In this document: one piece after another, positions 51,238-64,000 of the stretch
Layout: each line of letters starts with the position of its first letter
Position numbering within the stretch: the first letter of the stretch is position 1
Assembly: GCF_006345805.1 (NCBI RefSeq)
Contig: NC_043002.1
Span: forward strand, 85,622,001-85,686,000
Origin: Octopus sinensis
Taxonomy: Eukaryota
Direction of reading: 5' to 3'
DNA: 64,000 bases
The notes under the pieces: model-generated
Databases searched by the model: none
Told to the model about the DNA's origin: nothing
What the model saw: the letters and a program-made list of their open reading frames with translations, nothing else
Program-made: the position numbers and the translations under genes

Positions 51238-51580
51238 GGTGCAGGAGTGGCTGTGTGGAAAGAATCTTGCTTCCCAACCACATGGTTCCCGGTTCAGTCC
51301 TACCACATGGCACCTTGGATAAGTGTCTTCTACTATAGCCTCGGGCTGACCAAAGCCTTGTGAGTGAATTTGGTTGACGAAAACTGAAAGGAGCCTGCTG
51401 TATGCATACATATATATATATTTGTGTGTCTGTGTTTGCCCCCTGATATTGGTGTATTTATGTCCCTGTAATCTAGCAGTTCGGCAAAAGAACAATAGAA
51501 TAGGTATCAAGCTTACAAAGAATAAGTCCTGGGGTAAATTTGTTCAATTAGCCAGTCAAATGACTGAAATAAGGAAAAGA
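51238..51580 (+). mobile_element. Family A SINE
   Basis: Family motifs. Confidence 0.85.
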
Positions 51581-52002
51581 ATATATATATATTTATATAT
51601 ATATATGATGCACACATACACATACTTTCACATACTTTTGATACAATTTTGAATTCAATTCAAATATTTTACTTTGAATAGAACAATAAAAATCTTTTAT
51701 TCCTTTTTTCCCCACTTTTTTAGTCATTCCTAATTTTCTTCCAGAATACTGCAGTTTACTATTTTCCTTTTTTCAAAACTTTATCTTTTATTTATTTTTA
51801 TATCTGTGTGGGTGTGTGACAGCGGGAAATTACATTTATATCATCTTCCTTTTTTGCTTTGGTTTTATTTTCTCAATTGATTTCTTCATTATTACTGGAA
51901 ATTGCAGTCAAATCTCCAAATGATCTTTATAATTTCTGTGCTCGTAGTAATTTACCATTATTATTATTATTATTACTATTACTATTTTTATCATTATTAT
52001 TA

Positions 52003-52058
<56 letters not shown>

Positions 52059-52286
52059 GCTATTATTATTATTAACTTCTATTGATTCCCTTTTTTTAAA
52101 ATTTCATTTCTTTTTTTGCATTTTAATTGAAAGAATTCTTTGGAATGCCTTCTATGACTCAATATACCTCTGATGTAATCACGCAACCTAGCATCAATCT
52201 ATGTCAGGTTGTCTGTCTATATATCTGTATATATTTTTCTGTGTTTATCAATATCTACCTATCTGTCTGTCTGTCTGTCTGCACAT

Positions 52287-52392
<106 letters not shown>

Positions 52393-53070
52393 TTGTCTGT
52401 CTGTCTAACTGTCTATCTGACTGCCTCTTTCTGGCTGTATCTGTCCAACTATTTGTCTATCTGTCTGTCTCTCTCCCTCCTTCATTCTTTGTATATCTAT
52501 ACATATAAATTTGACATGGCCGATTCTTTCTTGTCTAGGGATTCACAGTCAAGCGGCTGGGTGGAATTGCGTGAAAAATTACACAGATGCGTACAATGAT
52601 CCAGTGGTGTTGTTGGGCTTTGTATTTTTTCATAGGTCCCAAGATTGCCGAGATAATCTACTATAATAATACCTGTTTTTTATGAATGAGAAAGGAAGGG
52701 GTGATGTCATACTTGGTAATGGGATGATGAAAAAATTTAATCAAACAATGCTTCAACTCTGTGTAAATATATGTGTGTGTATGTAGAAGGGGAGGTATGT
52801 GTGTTTGTGCGTGTGTGCGTGTGTGCAAGGGAAGTGGGATGGTTCATCTTTGTTCACTTAGTATTTGGGTTTATTTTTTGATTAGGTTGAATCTTGGTTG
52901 TTTTTTTTCTGTTGTTGTTGGTCAGTTATTTTTAGCGTTTTGACAGAAAACTGTCATTCTAAAAGTGATTTTTAACGTAAGCATGCCCAAACTAGTCGAA
53001 TGCTTACACAGAGCAGGTTTTACAGCCACATCATCCAAACCAACCGGGTGAAACTGGGCTTAGTTGATAG

Positions 53071-53109
<39 letters not shown>

Positions 53110-53714
53110 TATTATCTTCGTTTATTACTTTTGTTATCTTTGGCCGCTTGGTCACAAAAGCGGCCAAAGATAACAAAAGTAATAAACGAAGATAATAAAA
53201 TATATATATATATATATATATATAATGTGTGTGTGTGTGTGTATACATATCTTTCTGTATGCCTGTCTGTCTATATGCCTGTCTGTCTGTATGTCTGTCT
53301 ATCTTTCTACATTTGTTTTTCTACCTATATATATATATATACATATATATATTTATATGACTGCCTCCTATCTGTCTGCCTATCTATGTACCTGTCTCTG
53401 TATATGTCATTTACTATGTATCTATCAAACTGTCTGTTATCACGTGCATACACAATATGAAATTTTTATGCAATATTTATAATTCTTGTTAATAATTTGC
53501 TTGCTGCTGCTAAGCAACATTTAAATATATGTCTACCTAAAGTGAAATAGTACTCAATAATTTTAAAAGAAAAGACTCTGATTGAACAATCTTCTAAAAA
53601 TAATTTTGGCTCATTGAATGCACACATAGCTATATGTGCATGCATTTGTATATATGTGCCTATGGTAGTTTGTTTATTTATGTGTAAAGCACAATCCCTA
53701 CACATATTATAAAG

Positions 53715-54704
53715 AAACAATCATGTACTTGATCATCTCCAGTCATCAACAGCACATCAACAACAAATATGAAGAAGAAGAAGACACAACAAAAGCTATA
53801 AAACAAATGAAATCCAAACTAAAACTAGAACAGTAATGGACCATAATAAAACAATGGCAAGAAAAGCCCCTTCATGGTAAATACTGGACTAAACTAAATG
53901 CAAAAGAAATAGACAAAGAAAAATCCCAGCAATGGTTGAGAAGCTCAGGACTCAAAGCAGAGACGGAGGGATTTTTAATTGCAGCACAAGACTAAAGCCT
54001 CCCCACCAGAAATTACCAAAAACATATAATGAAAAGAAATATAACAAGTAGCTGCAGAATATGGACAAGAAACAATAAATCATATTATCTCTGGCTGCCC
54101 AGTCCTGGCTAAGAAGGAATATATTCACAGACACAACAGAGTTGGGAACTACATACACTGGAAGCTATGCCAACATTATGGAATAACAACAGAAAAAAGA
54201 TGGTTTAGGCACACACCAGAAAGGTCACAGAAAACGAGAAAGCAACCATGCTCTAGGATATGCCAATACACACAGATAGAGAAAATAAGGCCAACAGACC
54301 AGATATAGTTGTCAGAGATCATGAAGAAAATGCTTTCTAATTGATGTATTAATACCAGCAGATGACAACGTGTCTCTGAAAGAAATGGAGAAACTTTCAA
54401 AATACAAAGACCTAGAAATAGAGGTAACTAGAATGTCGAATTTAAAAACAGAAACAATTCCTATCATAGTAGGTGCATTAGGCATGATAAAAAAATATTC
54501 AAACAAATACATAACAAAAACACCAGGACTTACAACCACATATAACATACAGAAAATTGCACTACTGAGCACTGTACACATCCTACGCAGAACACTTTCA
54601 ATGCAGTAACCATCAGGAGCATCACAATAAATCACAGCACATACCCAAGGCACACAGAGCTGTGCTTGGTAGTGAAGTGAAAGCACGCTATAAAAATAAA
54701 ACTA

Positions 54705-54752
<48 letters not shown>
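53715..54752 (+). mobile_element. R4/Dong-type non-LTR retrotransposon 3' end (restriction-like endonuclease)
   Basis: GLKAETEGFLIAAQD; ETINHIISGCPVLAKKEYIHRHNRVG; ANRPDIVVRD; KYKDLEIE; TIPIIVGALG; NIQKIALL; (AAT)n tail. Confidence 0.88.
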
Positions 54753-54754
<2 letters not shown>

Positions 54755-55166
54755 TCCTTTCTGCTATAACCACAAGGCCTGAAATTTGGTGGAAGGGGAC
54801 TAGTTGATTACATCGATCCCAGTTTTTCACTGGTGCTTAATTTATTGACCCTGAAAGGATGAAAGGCAAAGTCAACCCCAGTGAAATTTGAACTCAGAAT
54901 GTAACAACAGGCATGGTAACGATTCTGGTAGCTTGAATGATAATAATAATCCTTTCTACTATAGGCACAAGGCCTGGATTTTGTGGGAGTGGGGACAGTC
55001 AATCAGATCAACCCCAGTGTTTCACTGATACTTAATTAAATTAACCAACCCTGAAAGGATGAAAGGAAAAGTTGACTTGGCAGAATTTGAACTCTGAACA
55101 TAGTGACAGATGAAATACTACTAAGCATTTCACCTGGCATGCTAACAATTCTACTAGCTCGCCACC

Positions 55167-55206
<40 letters not shown>

Positions 55207-55227
55207 AATAATAATAATAATAATAAT

Positions 55228-55260
<33 letters not shown>

Positions 55261-55710
55261 CATAATAATGTTTTTGATCTCAGTACAAAGCCAGCAATTT
55301 TGAGGTGAAAGGGGCTAGTCAATGCCATCAACTCCAGTACTTGACTGGTTCTTTATCTTATTGACCCTAAAAAGGACGAAAGGCAAAATTGACCCAGTAA
55401 GAATTTAAAGAACCTGAACAAATACTGCAAGGCATTTTTTTCAATACTTTAAAAATTTTGTCAGTTCACCATCCTCAGTGATTTCTGATTTGGGTACAAG
55501 GCCATCAGTTTTGAGGGATGGTGTTTAATCAGTTACATCAACCCTGGTATCAGAGTGGTTACTTTATTTTATTGTCACACGGAAAGTGAAAGACAAAGTT
55601 GACTTTGATGAGATTTGAATTCAGTATGCAGAGAACCAGGAGAAATATGCAAGGCATTTTTATGACACTTTAACAATTCTACCAACTTGCCACCTTAGCA
55701 ATAATAATTA
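54753..55710 (-). mobile_element. Head-to-tail array of about 4 degraded family B2 SINEs separated by (AAT)n
   Basis: Repeated cacaaggcc...gaaaggatgaaaggcaaagt...gaatttgaactc blocks at about 54753, 54950, 55270 and 55490. Confidence 0.75.
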
Positions 55711-55937
55711 ATAACATCAACAGTATTTATTGAAGAGAGGATTTAAAATTGTAAATATTTTTCCCAGCAATTTGTATTCAGTTTTTTTAAGTTATCAAAC
55801 CTTTAAATTATGATGCTTTTAGGGAAAAATAAATGATAAAAAAAGATAATGTTTATGATATTAAAAATAATAAGCTTGCTTCTTAATGAACCTTAACATG
55901 TTTAAGAATCTATATTTGATAAATATATTTCTTTACT

Positions 55938-56037
55938 ATTTTTCTTTTATTTTTCCAGGTAAGAACTTTTTCTCGTGAAAGATATTTCAAAGTTGCAGAT
56001 ATTTATATAATATAATTTGGATCAAAAGAAGGTAAAA
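55938..56037 (+). other. Juxtaposed 3'/5' splice site (candidate recursive splice site) with a 73-nt cryptic exon
   Basis: tttttcttttatttttccag|gtaaga at 55958/55959; downstream donor AAG|gtaaaa at 56031/56032; stops in all three frames. Confidence 0.4.
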
Positions 56038-56805
56038 ATGTTGTTACATATTTGTTTACTTTTTAAAATTTCTCTTTAAAATGTCATATCAAAATTAAAT
56101 TGAGAACAACAGGAAAATATGACAACAGTACTTCTATTGACATCATATCAGAGAGCAACTGTAATCTCATTTTCCTCATTTTTCTTTTCCCCTCACATTA
56201 TCTGATTGAGATGTTTGAATCCAATATGAAGCATCTGCACTATGCTATTTTAATGTGATGATTTCATTGTTAGATATAATGTGATATAATTGAACTGCTC
56301 AACCTCAACATATCTCTGGTATTTATGGCATGGCTATTTGGATACAGAGTTTGCTATGTAACCATATGGACAAGTCTTCTCTAAGCCTCAGGTTGATCCA
56401 TGCCTTGTGAGTGAAACTAATAGAGTGAAAGTATGTAGAAAACTGTTGTGTGTACATGTGTGTGTGTGTGTTTGTGAATGTTTACATTTTGCATTTTCAC
56501 ATGAAGCTATTTACACAAGAAGACAAGTGAAGCAGCAATGCTCTGTCAATATTCCCAGTTAATCAACCAACCATCTTGTAGCTCTGTGATTTTGAAAACA
56601 AATGGAATAAAAAATCTCTTATTTGAAAAATGGCTACGGGTTAGCAACAAGAAGGGCATCCAGCTGTAAAATTAATGCCTCAGTAATAAGTATTCACCCA
56701 ACTGATGCTAGCATGGAAAAAAAACAGATTTAAAAGGGATTTCAATGGATAAAAATTATTTTGTCAAATTTGAAATGAGATATTGAACAAGGATTTAATA
56801 AAATA

Positions 56806-57172
56806 CTAGCACTATGACCCGGCAACGCGGGGTCATAGTGCTAGTGCATGCATATACAGATGCGTGCATGCGCACATACATGCGAGTACTGTCCAAATCT
56901 CTGACCAATCACATAAAGCTAGCTGGCATTCAATTGGCATATCAAGTTTCGGGCATTTTGATTGGGTTTTGGATAGAAAATTCACAAAAAGTTACTGCTA
57001 TTGATTTTTTAATGGATTTGTGGGGTGACTGGGGAAATGTAAAGATGTGCACGACCACCCTTGGATGGTTTTGAATGACCATAGAAACTGCGAGCCTTCT
57101 AACTGAAAAATTGTGGATTTGAATAAAGGACACACACACAGACAGACATTTTGCCGTTTATATATATAGAGA
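56806..57172 (-). mobile_element. Non-autonomous Helitron-like element (second copy)
   Basis: Reverse-complement homologue of 25167-25534; 15-bp-stem hairpin actagcactatgacc/ggtcatagtgctagt; A|TC...CTAG|T. Confidence 0.8.
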
Positions 57173-57728
57173 TTCTGTTCATCAAAACTGCCTTAAAGAG
57201 TAGTTTATTATGTATATATACCATACAGAGTTGAATAAAACAAGATAGGATAGTATAACATGGAGCTATGTTTCTTCCAAGATAACTTGCGAAAGAAGTG
57301 GTTGGCGAATAACAAGCAACCTTGCCTAGCCTTTGTTAGGTAATCAAAAAGTGTGGCATCATAAAATGGTAAGTCAGCACTGAAATGAAAGCCATAGATT
57401 GCATGACTGGCCTATTTGGATATAGTAGACTTGTCCTGTTATTTTGGTGATATACTTAATACCAGAGATGTCGTAGTGGATAGAACTGAAGGAAAATGAA
57501 AATATATCAGAGAACTATTACATCTGTTAGCGACTGACTGTTATTTACTTCGACTATCAAAGACAAAGTATGTAAAGTAACTAGAGTTTTTATGATAACT
57601 TTTCTTTACAAGAAACATTAAATGTAAGCATGGTTTAAAAAATATGACTGCAAATCAAAGAATTTATCTCATATATGCAATATGGATATGTAATGTAAAG
57701 GGATGATGCATGATGGGTTAAAATTGTT

Positions 57729-57956
57729 TTAGCCCTTTCGTTACTGTATTTACTTTGAGATGGTCTGTATTTCTTTCAATTACTTTGAATATAACAAAGA
57801 ATTTAGTAAAATAACTTAGTTATCATTCAGCTAGTGTTATAAGCATAAAGTGTGACTAAGGTTTGGTGGAAGATTTTAATTCAAAACTTATGAAAACAAG
57901 ACATTTGTACTCAGAGCCAGAGCCGGTTTCAGCTGGGTTGGTAACGAAAAGGTTAA
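57729..57956 (-). mobile_element. TTAA MITE (second copy)
   Basis: Reverse complement of 14715-14940. Confidence 0.85.
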
Positions 57957-58429
57957 GGTAACAAGGGTATGAAGTACATTAATGAATTGGCTTGAAGTAG
58001 TTAAATTGTATTTCAGAAAGCTGGGCTACATAAATGAAATGGAACTAAAGCAAAAAAGGAAATAACTGTTTAAAATTTATCTCAGGATAGATACATTCCA
58101 CGTTGTACATAGATATTTATTCATTATTTAATCATATCATTAGTAAATGCTGGAAACAACTAAATCAAAGCATTATAGTTAAGTTCTGGTTTGTTTTTAT
58201 TTGAACAATGGTCTATTATAAGTACCCTTTGTGGACAGAATGATGAGTGGGTACTAGAAGTTTCTAATATATACTGCAATATGTATAAATATTAATTGTT
58301 TATACCAGATGATGCTATAATGCAGTCTTTCTCAATCTGTGCCATCATAGGAAAGAAAACAAGAAAATTATAGGATAAGAGAGATATAAAGAAGGAAAAT
58401 TGATAACACCCATGGAAGACAGACATTAC

Positions 58430-58460
<31 letters not shown>

Positions 58461-58924
58461 CTACATAAGGCTCTCATCATTCTTGTACGTAACTTGCCTC
58501 AGTATGTTATACCTCACAACTTTTCAAATCCCACTGTAATAGAAGTTATCACTTTGATGTTAACCAATCTGAAATCCTCTTTATCAGACTTTCATCTTCA
58601 TAATACTTAGATCCTATCTGGATTTCAATATTTAAAAAAAGTCGGTGTATAATTCAGAGCTACTATCTTTTCCAACTCACATGATGTCTGCAACTTATCC
58701 AAATCCTAAAGGCTTACCAGCAACATTTAAGAGCAATACAATAACAATATTTCAAAATACTATCCACCCTAACTAATCTATACAGACAAAAACCATATAC
58801 ATCAAACTTGTTGCAATATCATTTGTAAAAGTTCACAATGGAATAGAATAATGTACTAAACTTATTAACTGCTTCCAGTGAGTCTCAAATTTTCTCCTCC
58901 TCTTCCTGATTCTTCTTCAATAAG

Positions 58925-59565
58925 CCATCATGAACTGGCAGAATCATTAGCATGCTGGACGAAATGCTTAGCAGCATTTTGCCTGTCGATATGTTCTGAG
59001 TTCAAATTCCATCAAGGTCGACTTTGTCTTTCATCCTTTCGGGGTCGATAAATTAAGCACCAGTGAAACACTGGGATCGATGTAATCAACTAGTCCCCTC
59101 CCACCAAATTTCAGGCCTTGTGCCTATAGTAGAAAGAATAATGTAATAGCACATATGAGGGACCATGTGGAAGGGGTAGACCCAAGAAGATATGGGACAA
59201 AGTGGTGAAAAAGGATCTACAGATGTTGGGACTTACTGGGGAGATGACAGGGATGACAGTTGGTTTGCATGCTTTTACATCAAACTAACTAAAAGCATGG
59301 TTGCCCTAGCATACAGGCTTGTCCCTTGCAACTCTTTCTGGCTGAGCACCCCTGATCTTGTGAGCTCATAAGTGCTGGTGCCATGCAAAAAGCACCCATG
59401 CCAGTGCTGTGTAAAAGCATCCAGTACACTCTATAAAGTGGTTGGCATTAGGAAGGGCATCCAATTGTAGAAACCACGCCAAAACAAACATGGAACCTGA
59501 ACAGCCCTTCAGCTGGTCAACTCATGTCAGCATGGAAAAACAGATGTTAAATGATGATGATGAAT
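58925..59565 (+). mobile_element. Family B2 SINE (about 58925-59140) and RTE 3' end (about 59330-59565)
   Basis: Family motifs. Confidence 0.75.
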
Positions 59566-61949
59566 GGAAGCTTCAGAATCCCTATGTCATAATAGGGTCA
59601 TGCTAGGTTTGATCCTACTACCACATAGAATCTGATGTGACTCTTTCCTGCCATATGAACTTGGTAGATGGAAATTGTGCAAACAGCTGTCATATGTACA
59701 ATTAATAACACTATACTATAAATGAAAATTGAAAGTAAAGCAATGATGATAATAGCGGTTGTGATGATTGTTGCTGTTGTGGTAGTGGTGGTGATCATGG
59801 CAGTGGCAGTAATGGTGATGTGTGAATTATATTAAGCTAGAATATTATAATGCAGTGTGGTGTTGGCTACACAAATCAAGCATAAACAAACAGATGATAG
59901 TAATATGAATTAATATAGAAAACAAACCAGTACATCCTGTTGGAAACAAAACACACTTCCCTCGGTAGTCAACCAGGTGTGAAAACCCATTACACCATAT
60001 TTACTAAGAGCCATTCTTCCATTTATTTCCAAGGCCCCAATGAACACTGTCAACATGTATCACAGTTTTATGATCAGAACATTTTTCAAGTTTGTTTCCA
60101 GAAAATTAGGTTTATTTATTTAGAATACATTTCCCATTTTTAGTGTTTGTTATTCTGTACAGGTATTGATGGAATGGACGTCTGTTTACAGTATATCTCT
60201 GTTTATTTTGTTAAGTCAACTGTGAGACTTTTACTTCCTGAGATTCGAGCTCACTACTTCTTCACATGTTTTCCCATAATATTTCTCTTCAGACTGTCAG
60301 CATACAACACTTTTCTGCTCATCATTCATTCGTAGCACATGAAACACAAGAATTAGATATGGGTCCCTTGATGCATCTAGGAGAGTAGTAACTCCAAATA
60401 ACAACTGACTCAGCCTATGACGACCCAACTATTTGCATGACAGCATGAAAATCATCATCATCATGTCCACTTTCCCATTCTTCCAAGGATGTTGGACAGA
60501 ATTTAGCAAAACAAATTTTTCTATGGTCAAATGTCCTTCCTGTCAGCAGCCCTTACTTGTTTCCAAGCAAACTTATGACCAAAAGTGTTTCAGCTGTGTA
60601 TATACAATTTTTTTTATACAGCAAAGCCTGCATTGTTCAACGTGTCCTTAATTTCTTAAAGATGGTAGGGTGTTTTCAAGGAAATTTGATTGCTACTTTT
60701 AACAATTTAAGTAACTACACACAGGCTCTGTTAATGACTCGAATTGCTCAAGTTGGCAGTTTAAAGATGTGAAGAGGACATTTCCTAGTCAAGGTATTCA
60801 ACCACACTTTTTCTACATTGAAAATGTCACTCCATTACAGTATCATAAACAAAGAATTTTTGCAAAAGCCTCTTCATCTCTTATTTCACCAATTCTGACA
60901 CAATAAAGTCTGACATTCTTTTCCATTCTCCCAATTTAATAAATATATTTTTCTGAGATCATTAAAAATTATATTTTGTCTTAACCTGGACAATCCTAAT
61001 ATTTGAACTCTATAGAATATTTATGGCAGAATCGTTTAAGCCAAAGCTGTATGGCAGATCTTGTAACAGCAGGTAATTTTTATTTTATAGAATGGTTGAA
61101 ATTAGAGATTGCTTCATTAAAAAATTCCTACTGGCAGTAAGATGATTAACAAGAATGCAAGATAATCATGCCTGAAGCTTTAATTATTAAACTTTGGTTA
61201 TGAATAAACATTCAACTAATTTAATTCTATTTTTTTTTAAATATAATTTTAATATGATAAATGATTTAATTTCAATAAAAACAAACATCAAGAAGGAATA
61301 TCAAAAAGTTTAGCAAGTCTTCTATTTCATTTGATCTGGTTTGATCTTGTGCTCTGTGTGTGTATGTATATATATGCACATGTGTTTCTGTATGCATGTA
61401 TGTGTTTCTGTGTGTTGGATGTGTTGTGTGCATGCATGTGCATATGTGCATGCATCCATGTTTCTGTGTCTGAAGATTTGTGTGTGTACAGGTATGTGCA
61501 TGAGTGCACATATGTGTATGTATGTGGATGCAGGCATGCATGTGTGTATGTTTATTCATATACATACAGTGAGTTTCAACACTCAGCTGCCAGAAGTAGG
61601 AATCAGATTTCCATCAAATTACAACCTACCATATTAAAAACAAAGATCCATTGCATAATGTAATCTACATTACATTATGTCTGAAAGAAGAATGCATTCG
61701 ATCATAGGTCTGCAGGGTTAGGGTTAACCTTGAGGCTAAACAACAAGTGCAACATTTATGCAAGCTATACGTATGTATTCAAAAAAAACTACTAGGTTCT
61801 GGATCATTGTAAAAAGCATCTTGCTGCAGTGTATGTATTGTAAGTCAAATTACTGTAGAACCATGCCTCCACAGGCTTCATCCATGGACAGATTTGAGAT
61901 CAGTACAAGCTATAACTGAAACCCTTTTACTGGAGAAAGCAGTTTTATA

Positions 61950-62640
61950 TACCAATATTTATTTTGCTGAAGAACATGTTTAAAACTATTTTCTTTTGAA
62001 ATACGCCAAGTTTATTAAGGCAGCATGACTTATGGAAAATATCAATTCTAATTTTTTTTTTTGTTAGAAATCCAACATCAATACAAGAAATAACCCATGA
62101 AATTAAATTTTGCAGTGAAAGAGTTAAAGTTACACATCTCTTCACTTCAATGCATGAAATAGTTACTGTACAGTTCAAATAATCTGGCCTCCTTGAAACT
62201 TAGATAATACCAAAATTATCAAATATACTGGTTTATTAGAACTTGGCTTGAAAAAAACCCCGCAAAATTATGTCTCTTTAATGAGGCCACCAAATTTATA
62301 ATTATATTCTTCAGCAGCATCAATATCTTCCAGCTTCTTTTCACCAGACAAATTAAGTTTCTGAAAGCCTAAAGTTTCTAAACCACCCAGTTTTAAGCAC
62401 TCAGATCTATGCAATATCTTTGTGTAATTGCTTGATATTTTCAATGATCATTGAACCATAAAATATCACACTCAGATCTTGCAATTGAGCACTTAAATGA
62501 TATTGTCTAATTCTGAAAGGTTTTTTTATAAAATTTGTTGCACATTTACTTGCATCTAAGTCAGCCGTAAATTTCATTAACTTGTCCCTTTGTTTCTTAA
62601 TGTCATAATTTGTTGAAGAACCTATGTTATATTCATGCAC
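61950..62640 (-). pseudogene. Decayed Tigger/pogo transposase relic
   Basis: TGWFRNFR and LSGEKKLEDIDAAEEYNYKFGGLIKE resemble the Tigger HTH-to-DDE linker (GWF.NF...GE.ASAD..AAEEF); many stops. Confidence 0.55.
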
Positions 62641-62984
62641 AAAGTGTTCTAGTTTTCATCTCTTTTCAAATGCTATATTAATTCAAGTTTACAATATGAA
62701 AGATATTAGCATTCTTTACACACCTTTCCCAAACTGATTTGTCTTATTGACATTGCACAATATTTTCACCACTAATGGAGTGGATGATATATGAGGAGAT
62801 AAATGCAGATACAAAACCTTTGGGAGCTAACCACAATTCTTTTAAATGAGAATGGAACTAATGGACATCAGAAGCCAGCAATGGCATGTGGGAAAAATCA
62901 AAAGATTGAATGAAGCACAACAAAAAGTGCTGGACAATTGATTTTGTCAAACTGTTAGATAATGGATTAATGGGATTTACTCAT

Positions 62985-63440
62985 CATCATCGTTTAACGT
63001 CCACTTTCCATGTTAGCATGGGTTGGACATGTGACTGAGGGCTGGCAAACCAGAAGGCTGCACCAGGCTTCAGTCTTGATCTGGCAGAGTTTCTACAGCT
63101 GTATGCCCTTCCTAATGCCAACCACTCTGAGAGTGTAGTGGGTGCTTTTACGTGCCACCGTCACTGGGCCAATCAGGTGGCACTGGCAACGACCTTGCTC
63201 AAATCTTTTACACATGCCACCAGCACAGGTGCCAGTAAGGCAAAGCTGGTAATGATCCCGCTTGAATAGTGACTTTTACGTGCCACTGGCACGGAGGCCA
63301 GAAAGCTGTTCTGGCAACAATCACGCTTGGATGGTGCTCTTAATACCCTACTAGCACGGGGCTCAAGTGCCAGTAGTGCGACACTGGTAACGATCACGCT
63401 CAAATGGTGCCTTTTAAGTGCCACTGGCACGGAAGCCGTG
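62985..63440 (-). mobile_element. RTE 3' UTR-type element with diverged repeat units
   Basis: catcatcgtttaacgtccactttccatg tail; gtgccact..gcac..ggtgctttta units. Confidence 0.75.
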
Positions 63441-64000
63441 GCACCAAAATGGATCCTCTCACTAAGACTCAAAATATTCATGGACTTTAAAAGTAGTACA
63501 GCACCAGTGTTAGGATAGTAAACTCTTATTTTTAACCTGTTTTGCCAATATTAAATTAAGCCACTGCAACTCTTTATTAAATACAGTTTTTTGTTTTTAT
63601 TTTTTTTGTGTGTGTGTTTATGTGTGCATAACACATTTACAACTACATACTTTGGTTGTCATCATCTTTATTATTTTACATCCACTTGTCTTGCTGGTAA
63701 AGGAATTACTAAGTCTACTCCATGACAAAATCTGACCACTTGTGATTTCTTGTCAACTGTTTTTTTATGAATTCTGGCATGCTAAGATCAACTTTCACTG
63801 GTTTTTCACATGTCTTAATCCACAAACTCTTTCAAATGGGATCATATGACACTTCAATACCCATCTGTCATTCTTTAAGCACATCAAAAGTTGTACCAAA
63901 GCTATCTATTCTCCTGCATACAATGGCTAATTCCTCTAATGCACATATTTCCTCTCAGCTCAGATAACCTGTGTTACATCATTCGTGCATACTGACTTTA

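Noticed and set aside
60143-60170. Second AG|GT juxtaposition (ctgtacag|gtattg)
   Set aside because: Weaker donor and tract, and it lies in what looks like an old RTE relic.
63700-64000. Possible old RT fragment on minus (also about 58.5-58.9 and 59.9-61.1 kb)
   Set aside because: Too decayed to support a call without a profile search.

Overview
AT-rich, repeat-dominated animal genomic DNA, most likely Octopus. The species call rests on my recognition of the SINE, MITE and LINE families and the (TA)n/(CA)n/(CATA)n microsatellite load; no database search was run. Most ORFs in the supplied track are microsatellite or low-complexity artefacts. Recognisable content: (i) many copies of two tRNA-derived SINE families plus truncated RTE 3' ends; (ii) decayed LINEs: a CR1-clade element (47.4-50.0 kb), two RTE-clade elements (43.9-44.6 and 45.3-46.9 kb), an R4/Dong-type element (53.7-54.8 kb) and Penelope-like elements (26-27, 33-34.8 and probably 41 kb); (iii) non-autonomous DNA transposons: two Helitron-like copies, TTAA-flanked MITEs, hAT and mariner derivatives, and a Tigger/pogo relic; (iv) two well-formed type I hammerhead ribozymes. 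No complete host gene can be assembled. A few splice-site-bounded candidate exons exist on both strands, the best at 8104-8293 and 17677-17773 (minus); their product is unidentified. Most unusual items: a 135-nt, 64% GC, CpG-rich foreign-looking insert inside a SINE (809-943); a tRNA-headed short element carrying a hammerhead ribozyme (25.6-25.9 kb); an intact hammerhead at 28.6 kb; and a candidate recursive splice site at 55958/55959.
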